A program made the position numbers and the translations under genes. The notes under the pieces were generated by a model. The model was not told where the DNA came from, searched no databases, and saw only the letters and a program-made list of their open reading frames with translations. A DNA stretch of 10,703 bases from NCBI GenBank assembly GCA_000388065.2, contig KB932203.1; one strand, given 5' to 3'. How positions within the stretch are numbered: the first letter of the stretch is position 1; each line of letters starts with the position of its first letter. Positions 1-6,843 of this stretch are shown piece by piece. This DNA comes from Fonticula alba ATCC 38817 (lineage: Eukaryota > Protista > Nucleariida).

Positions 1-40
1 CCCCCCCCCGTCCCCTCCTCCTTCAATCCTGGGCATTCAC

Positions 41-373
41 ATGCCGCAGTCCCCCGGGTCGCTCCTTTCCGGGCTCGGGCTCGTGCGCGAGCACACCCGG
101 CCCCTGACGGACAAGGACCGAAAGAAGCTCTTCCCGCCGGAGATGCCCGCCGCCCAGGCGGTCCTCGAGGAGCATCTGGCCACGCTGGCCGGCGGCTCGT
201 CGTCCTCCTTCGCCTCCTCCTTCTCGTCGCTCTTCTCGTCGTCCTCCTCCTCCTCGCTCACGTCGTCTTCCTCCTCCTCCTCGCTGTCGACCGCCGGTGC
301 TCGTAGCCCCGATCCGCCATCCAGCAAGAAGGACTCCACCACCCCGTCCAAGAGTGGTCGCTGGCTGCGCCTC

Positions 374-425
<52 letters not shown>

Positions 426-3400
426 ATGGCGCCCAGGCAGCAGCCGCCCCTGTGCCGCCTGTGACTCCCCCCGCCCCGGCCACCCCGCCGGCGGCCGGAG
501 CTCTGAGCCCCATCCCCACCGGCACCGCCACCTCGCCCACCTCGCCGCAGGCCCCGCCCGGGGGCGCCCCCCCGCGCCATCATCAGCCCTTCCCCGTGCT
601 GCCCCCCACTCGCGGGGTGTATCTCGGCGAGCGCTACGGCGACTTCACCGAGCTCGGCTGCCTGCCGTCCGGCTCCTTCGGGCCGCTGGCCATGCCGCTG
701 GACCACCTGTGCCCGCACCCGGCCTTCGGCCAGCCCGGCCGCGGGGTGGACCTCCTGCGCCAAAGCAAGGCCGAGTACAAGTGGATCAAGGAGCGCCTCG
801 GCCACATGGCCAAGACCCCGCCGAGCCGCATCCAGAGCGGCGTGGCCTCCCTGCGCATTCTCGGCCTGTGCGACCTGACCCCCGGCGTGTCGGTGTGTGT
901 CATCACCCGCGAGGTGTGCACCTGTGAGCGGCCGGTCGGCAGCCTGGCCTCGCCGCTGGTCGGCGCCGATGCCGTCCTCAGCCTGCCCTCCATGTATTAC
1001 ATCCACTTCTTTCACCCGTGGCTGCCCTCGGTACGGGGCCCCCTTCCCCCGCCCGCGCTTCGCGTCCCGCTCCCCATGCGACTGACACGTTGCCTGGCCT
1101 TCCCTCATGGTGTCCGCCCCCCCCCCCCCCCCTCCCTGTCGGCCAGGGCACCCCCTGGTTCCGCGTCCCCCTGGACCAGCGCTCGCACTTCCTCACCGGG
1201 GCCAGCATCCGCAAGGCCTTCGAGGGGTCGGCCACCGACTTCGACCGGTTCCTGGTCCTGCGCTACAGCGCCCGGATGTACTACCCCCCCTTCGACCCCG
1301 GCGTCCGCGAGGGGGTCTACTACTCCAAGTACCTGGAGTTCGCCACCGAGGCCGACGCCGAGCACATCTTCTCTCTGGCCTCCTGGCTGATGCCCTCGGC
1401 CCAGATGGACCGTGCTCGTGCCGCCCGCGACAGCGTCATCATCTGCCAGGCCACCTGTCGGGCGTTCATCCTCCGGCGGCGCTTCGTCCAGGCGGCCACC
1501 GCCGCGCGGCTGATCCAGCGCGTGTGGCGCCGCTACAAGTGCGTTCGCCGGCCCACCCCAGCGGTCCACCGCCTCCCGCCCCCGCCCCNNNNNNNNNNNN
1601 NNNNNNNNNNNNNNNNNNNNNNNNNNNNNNNNNNNNNNNNNNNNNNNNNNNNNNNNNNNNNNNNNNNNNNNNNNNNNNNNNNNNNNNNNNNNNNNNNNNN
1701 NNNNNNNNNNNNNNNNNNNNNNNNNNNNNNNNNNNNNNNNNNNNNNNNNNNNNNNNNNNNNNNNNNNNNNNNNNNNNNNNNNNNNNNNNNNNNNNNNNNN
1801 NNNNNNNNNNNNNNNNNNNNNNNNNNNNNNNNNNNNNNNNNNNNNNNNNNNNNNNNNNNNNNNNNNNNNNNNNNNNNNNNNNNNNNNNNNNNNNNNNNNN
1901 NNNNNNNNNNNNNNNNNNNNNNNNNNNNNNNNNNNNNNNNNNNNNNNNNNNNNNNNNNNNNNNNNNNNNNNNNNNNNNNNNNNNNNNNNNNNNNNNNNNN
2001 NNNNNNNNNNNNNNNNNNNNNNNNNNNNNNNNNNNNNNNNNNNNNNNNNNNNNNNNNNNNNNNNNNNNNNNNNNNNNNNNNNNNNNNNNNNNNNNNNNNN
2101 NNNNNNNNNNNNNNNNNNNNNNNNNNNNNNNNNNNNNNNNNNNNNNNNNNNNNNNNNNNNNNNNNNNNNNNNNNNNNNNNNNNNNNNNNNNNNNNNNNNN
2201 NNNNNNNNNNNNNNNNNNNNNNNNNNNNNNNNNNNNNNNNNNNNNNNNNNNNNNNCCGGCCTTTGCCCAGGTCGCATGTCCAGTGGCGTCGCATGGTCCG
2301 GGCCACGGCGTTGATGCAGCGCTTCGCACGGCGATTCCTGGCCCGGCGGGCGGTGCGTGTTCGCCAGGCCCTGCGCCTCGGGCCCCGGCGCCAGGCCCTC
2401 CTGTCGGAGCTTTACGACACGGAGAGGCGCTACATCGAGGACATGAAGCTCCTGCGTGCGGTGTATGTCGAGCCGGTGTGCCTGTTCCTGTCGCAGATCC
2501 TCTCCTCGCGCGGGCACCTGGCGCGCTTGCTGCCGGCCCTGCACCCGGCTCGGGAGGGCCCCTCGCGCGAGGAGCGCGCCCGATCGGCCAACGGCACGCG
2601 CGCCATCGCCACCCTCCTGTCCAAGAAGGCCGCCCAAACCGGCATGGCCGATCTGCCCCTCAGCCAGCAGGAGGTCTTCGTGGTGCTGGCCTTCCGTGCC
2701 ATGCTGTCGGACTTGATCAACCGCCACACCAGCTGGCTGGCCTCCATCGAGCACCTGGCCACCCTGCAGTGGAAGCAATTCGGCCTGACCGCCGCCGACG
2801 ATGGGGCCACCGCCCAGGAGAATGACGCTCGGCTGGACGAAATCGAGCGTCTGACCTCCATCGCCGAGCAGTTCCACGACCTGGTGCGTTGCCGGCGGCG
2901 GATGCTGTTGTGCATCCGCGCGCCGTCTCAGGCATCCCGCCCTTCCCCCCNNNNNNNNNNNNNNNNNNNNNNNNNNNNNNNNNNNNNNNNNNNNNNNNNN
3001 NNNNNNNNNNNNNNNNNNNNNNNNNNNNNNNNNNNNNNNNNNNNNNCCCCCCCCCCCCCCCGTGCCAAGTCCCTGGAGGAGCAGAACTCCGCCGGCCTGG
3101 CCCGGCGCGCCTTCGATGACCTGTTCATCTGCCCGGTCCAGCGCGCGCCGCGGTACATTCTCCTCCTGTCGGACATCGCGCGGTCCACCTGGCGCGCGCA
3201 CCCCGACTCCATGGCCATGTCCAGCCTCAAGTGGGACCTGGCCTTCAGCCTGCGCCGGGTGAATCTCAGCTCCAAGCAGGACGAGGCGCTGCACGCCTGG
3301 AACAGCATCGAGGCCCTGTGGGGCAACAGCAAGGCCTCGCAATTGCTCAGCGACATGATGAAAAAGGGCGCCAGCGGCCATACCCCCTCCTTCGTGGCCA

Positions 3401-4119
3401 TCTACCGGGACTTGGTGGACCCGGGCGCCGGCCACCCGTCGGCCGGCATCCGCCAGGCAGTGCGCACCGGCTTCCTGGCTGCCAGTGGGTATCTGGCGGC
3501 GCCCGGGGCCGGGGCCGGGGCCGGGGGCGGGGCCAGCGGCGCCGGCAGCGCCGGCGGCCCTACCCCCCTGATGCTGGTCATCCACCAGGACATCGATGCC
3601 CTGGGCGCGCGGTCATACTCCTTCGGCTCGGTGGCCGAGCGCGTCACCGGGGGCTTCCACAATGACATGCACTCTTCGGACCTGGTCAGCGTGGAGCTGT
3701 CGCTGGCGGCCATCCTGCGCCGGGCCAGCCCCGATGCGGGGAGCGTTTCGCCGACCGAGGTCAGCTCGGGCGCGAGTGGCACCGGCGGCAGCGGCAGCGG
3801 CCCGTCCACCCCGGGCGGCGGGCTCCGCCCCTCGCGACCCTCGGACTCGGCACTCAGTGATTATGCCGGCTCCCCGCCGCCCTCAGCCGGGGGCGGCACC
3901 GCCGAGCCCAGCAGCCCGGACCTGGCATCGCCCACGGGCGCCGAGCTTGGCACCCATGTGGCCCCGCTGGCCCCGGGGCCGGCCCTGACCCCGAGCCTGG
4001 CCTCCGTGCGGCCGGCCTGCCTGTGGACCTCGTCCGGGCAGTTTAGCGCCCTGGCCCCGCGGCCGATCCCCACCGGGGCACAGGTGCGCCCCTCTCCGCG
4101 GCTTTTCCCTTCCTTTGGA

Positions 4120-4158
<39 letters not shown>

Positions 4159-4196
4159 CGGACCCGGGTCTGCGGCCCCCCCCCGGAAGGCCCCCC

Positions 4197-4262
<66 letters not shown>

Positions 4263-5295
4263 GCGCCGCCGCATGCAGAACGCCAGCCGCGCCCAGCTCC
4301 TGGCCTCCTGCTCCTTCCTGCTGGAAGCGGCCCCCGGGTCGTCGGGCGGCACCATCAAGTGCCACTTCGCACTGATGCCCTCCCGTTTGGTGTTCCTCTT
4401 CCGGCAGAAGGTCCCCTCCCGGAGGCTGAGCAGCCACCCCGGCTCGGCGGTCGCCATCCCGGGGAAGCTCATCAGCACGGTGACCCGGTCGCGGTCCGGC
4501 GGGGCCACCGGCCCGGGGGCCGACTCGTGGGAGGAGTTGCCGGCCGGGGGTGGCCCCCCGGCCGGGCCCTCGCGCGGCCCCTCCAGCGAGGATCTCGCCG
4601 CGTCGACCCCCGGCACCGGCAGCACCACCCTGACGCGTGCCCCCTCCGGCACGGCCCTCTCGCGCATTGGCAGCAGCTTCCGGCGCATGAGCAAGAGCAG
4701 CGCCGGGGCCGGGCAAGACCGCGCCGGGGCGTTTGACGCCCCGGCGGCCGGCGGCTCGGCCGGGACGCCCGGCTCCGGGGCCGGCCTGGCCCCGGCATCT
4801 GCGGCGCAGGCGCTGGCCGCCGCCGCCGGGGCCGGCGCCAACGACCCCGGCGCCTTCTCCGACACCTGCTGCACCGTGGTCCAGGCATACGGGTGGATCA
4901 GCCTCCGGGACATGGTGGAGGTTTTCGCCCCGGGGTCCGCGGCGAAGGAGTCCTCCCGCGTGGGGGCCCCCCTCATCCGGGCGGCCTCCTTCGCCGGCGG
5001 GGGTGCCGGGCCCGGTGGGCCGGGCCATGGCCACGCCAGCCCCGGCGGGGGTGTCGGCGCTGCCGGGGCCACCGGCCCGGGCTTCGACACGGTGGACATC
5101 ACCTTCCGCATGGCGCACTCGGAGGCGTCGGCCCTGACGGCCCTGGCCCAGGTGTCCACGCCGGATATCAGCCTCCAGGAGTCCCCCTGGGCTCTGCATA
5201 CCATTCGCATTCGGTCCAAGGCCCCGGCCGAGGGCGGCGACCTGTATAATGCTCTCATCTCGGCCGGCGCGCCGGCGCGTGTGGTTGACGTGTGA
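41..5295 (+). CDS. Spliced IQ-motif-containing Dbl-family Rho/Rac GEF (PH-like? - 3xIQ - DH - insertion - split PH-like). Model: join(41..1030,1147..1538,2271..2883,3070..4083,4279..5295), about 1341 aa. An extra exon may be hidden in the gap at 2951-3046.
   Basis: DH motifs: ELYDTERRYIEDM (2407-, conserved region 1), DDLFICPVQRAPRYILLLSDI (PVQR at 3133, conserved region 3) and the final-helix RVN (Asn at 3262). Three IQ-like motifs precede the DH domain. All four GT-AG introns preserve frame and join the ORFs 41..1390 and 1018..5295. The acceptor at 3069 is the least certain junction. Confidence 0.88.
377..421 (+). repeat. (AGC)15 microsatellite encoding poly-Ser in exon 1
   Basis: Direct count. 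It is in frame with ORF 41 (RLG-S15-NNG). Confidence 0.95.
1031..1146 (+). other. Intron 1 of the RhoGEF gene (116 nt, phase 0)
   Basis: Donor GTACGG at 1031, branch-like CTGAC at 1082-1086, a poly-C tract, and acceptor GGCCAG ending at 1146. Splicing gives ...FFHPWLPS|GTPWFRVP... and switches from the frame of ORF 41 to that of ORF 1018. Confidence 0.9.
1539..2270 (+). other. Intron 2 of the RhoGEF gene (phase 2), containing the N-gap 1589-2255
   Basis: Donor GTGCGT at 1539 follows TAC AA. Acceptor CTTTGCCCAG ends at 2270. AA|G rebuilds Lys and restores the 23-residue IQ spacing. Confidence 0.88.
1589..2255. other. Assembly gap (667 N)
   Basis: N run preceded by C-rich sequence. Confidence 0.98.
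2884..3069 (+). other. Probable intron 3 (phase 0), containing the N-gap 2951-3046; 3' boundary uncertain
   Basis: Donor GTGCGT at 2884 follows ...QFHDL. After the gap come a poly-C run and then GTGCCAAG ending at 3069. Other in-frame AGs end at 3078, 3081 and 3084. Confidence 0.6.
2951..3046. other. Assembly gap (96 N)
   Basis: N run flanked by poly-C on both sides. Confidence 0.98.
4084..4278 (+). other. Intron 4 of the RhoGEF gene (195 nt, phase 0, in frame and stop-free)
   Basis: CAG|GTGCGC donor at 4084 and GCATGCAG acceptor ending at 4278. The interior is mostly C homopolymer (4121-4156 and 4198-4260). Removing it deletes the apparent polyproline. Confidence 0.85.
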
Positions 5296-5701
5296 GCCCT
5301 GCCGGTGGGGGAGGGGGGGGGGGGCGGAGTCTTCGCCGGGGGTAGGCAGACGCGTGCGCGCCCACAAGTGTGTGCCCCCCCTCCCCCCGGCCCCGCCCTC
5401 CGGCTGGCTGCCCCTCCCTCTCCCCCGTGCATCCCCCCCCCCCTTCTTGCGGGGTCAATACACCTCCTCCCGTACATGTCTCCTCCCCGTTGCCCTGTGT
5501 CCATCTTGCTCGGGTCCGCCACATGGGAAGGGGGCGAGGACACCGGCCAGTTGCCATTCCGTGGGCCCCCCTTTCCCGGTCCGAAAAGCAAATACACAAA
5601 CAAGCATGTGCCCCTGCATTCCTGTCACGCTCACATCGTGAGCTTGTGCGCCAGCAGACGTGCGCGCGTGCATGCCGAGGGGCACCGGGGGAGGCAAGTG
5701 C

Positions 5702-6308
5702 TCACCAGCGCGTCGAGGATAGCCACTCGGCCGAGAGCATCGGCCCAACGGAAAAGGGCACATCCGGCGAGGCATCGGCCAGGGGGATGTCGTCGGTCTC
5801 GGCGTCGATCGGGCCCGGGGCCGGCAGACCGCGGCCCTCGGGCCCGGCATCGATGGTCGTCTGGTCGGTGGCCACCAGCTGCAGGCGCCGGCGGAATACC
5901 CGGACCTGGACCTGGCACAGGTTGACCCACCGGCCGACCAGCTGGCCCAGGATGGCGATGCTCTCTTTCGGAGCGGGCCGGGGCATGATGTGGCGCGGTC
6001 AGCGGGCAGCAGTCAAGTCAAGGCGCCCGGGCACCGGGAGAAAGAGAGGGGGGCGGCGGGGAGGGCGGGGGGCGGGCAGCCGGCGCACCAGGATTCGTCA
6101 CCAACAGCGGCAGGGACCCGGACGCGTCGCCCACCACAAACTCGACGGCCTGTGTTTCCACCGGGTCCAGGTAGGCCGACGCGTCGGATGTCCCGCCCGG
6201 CGGACCGCCCACGGCCCAGGCCGATGCGGCAATGTGGTCTACAAACAGATGGAGCCGAACCGGCCGATCGGTCGGCTGCAGCGAGGCAAGCGGATGCCGG
6301 GCGTTCAT
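5702..6308 (-). CDS. Stand-alone OB-fold nucleic-acid-binding protein (archaeal-SSB / SOSS-B / plant small OB-protein-like). Model: complement(join(5702..5964,6089..6308)), about 160 aa.
   Basis: Spliced protein: MNARHPLASLQPTDRPVRLHLFVDHI...TQAVEFVVGDASGSLPLLVTNP|ESIAILGQLVGRWVNLCQVQVRVFRRRLQLVATDQTTIDAG...FSVGPMLSAEWLSSTRW*. It has the vGDxSG motif typical of SSB/RPA-type OB folds and the expected beta-strand pattern. The family call is by recognition, not a database search. An upstream in-frame ATG (MSISPPP...) is an alternative start. Confidence 0.75.
5965..6088 (-). other. Intron of the OB-fold gene (124 nt, phase 1)
   Basis: Minus-strand donor GTGCGC at 6088 follows CCT G. The intron has a C/T-rich tract, TTGAC/CTGAC branch-like words, and acceptor CCGAAAG ending at 5965. 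G|AG gives Glu and joins two otherwise separate ORF fragments. Confidence 0.8.
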
Positions 6309-6843
6309 TGGGCAGGGGCAAGGAGGGGCCAGCGCGGGGGAGGAAGGCGGGGGGGGGGATATCGACATGGAGCCAGCCCCCACATAGGGGGGCGCGCTTT
6401 GGGGCTGGGCCTCGGGGAGGACAATGCACGCGCATGTGTGTACGTGTGTGTGGGGGGGTGTATTTGCGAGCCTGCGCCGGTGGTGGCACATCGGCGGCGG
6501 TGACGGCGACGCCCCCCCCCCCCTCCCCACGCGAGAGCGAGCGACACTAGACAAAAGGACAGGCACGGGGGCCGGGAAGGGGGGAAGGAAAAAAGAACGA
6601 TCTTGCTTCGACCGGCGGGCCGATCGCCCGGCAGGGAGCTGCCAACGGTTGTGTGCCCGGCGCTGGCGTTGCCAACGGGAGCCGGCGGTCCTTGCTCCCA
6701 CCCGCGGCGGGCGAAACTGCGCCCTCTCGCGGGGAATGCACACGCGCTCTGCCGAGGGAGACCGGCACGATGCGGAAAGGGGGGGGGGGGGGGGGGGGGG
6801 GCCCGGCCCCGTGCGCGGGCCTGCCACACCGGCCCAGCCGAGC

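Larger units (their letters stand above)
1438..2349 (+). other. Three tandem IQ (calmodulin/light-chain-binding) motifs spanning intron 2
   Basis: Spliced sequence: IICQATCRAFILRRRFVQAATAARLIQRVWRRYK|SHVQWRRMVRATALMQRFARRFLARR. The motif glutamines (1447, 1516, 2317) are exactly 23 residues apart after splicing. Confidence 0.85.
2386..3270 (+). other. DH (RhoGEF) domain, interrupted by intron 3 and a gap
   Basis: RRQALLSELYDTERRYIEDMKLLRAVYVEP ... FRAMLSDLINRHTSWLASIEHL ... PVQRAPRYILLLSDI ... LRRVN matches the Dbl-homology consensus I recall (ElxxTExxYvxxL; PvQRxxRYxLLLxxl). Confidence 0.9.

Noticed and set aside
37-540. Minus-strand ORF with a poly-Leu stretch resembling a signal peptide or transmembrane segment
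   Set aside because: It is the antisense reading of the (AGC)15 poly-Ser repeat in RhoGEF exon 1.
1018-1146. GTG start of the 1425-aa ORF
   Set aside because: The sequence is eukaryotic. This stretch is the end of exon 1 in another frame plus intron 1, and the real start is more likely ATG 41 or upstream.
41-2349. Unconventional myosin (MyoM-like), suggested by tandem IQs plus DH
   Set aside because: No P-loop (GESGAGKT) or other motor motifs occur upstream of the IQs, and only about 430 aa precede them in this model.
4121-4260. Polyproline tracts suggesting a formin FH1 or WASP-like actin module in the RhoGEF
   Set aside because: They are pure C homopolymers inside a GT-AG-bounded, 195-nt in-frame intron (4084-4278), so they are most likely read-through artefacts.
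1105-5603. Long minus-strand ORFs (826, 580 and 494 aa)
   Set aside because: They are antisense to the RhoGEF exons, compositionally biased, and run through N-gaps and homopolymers.
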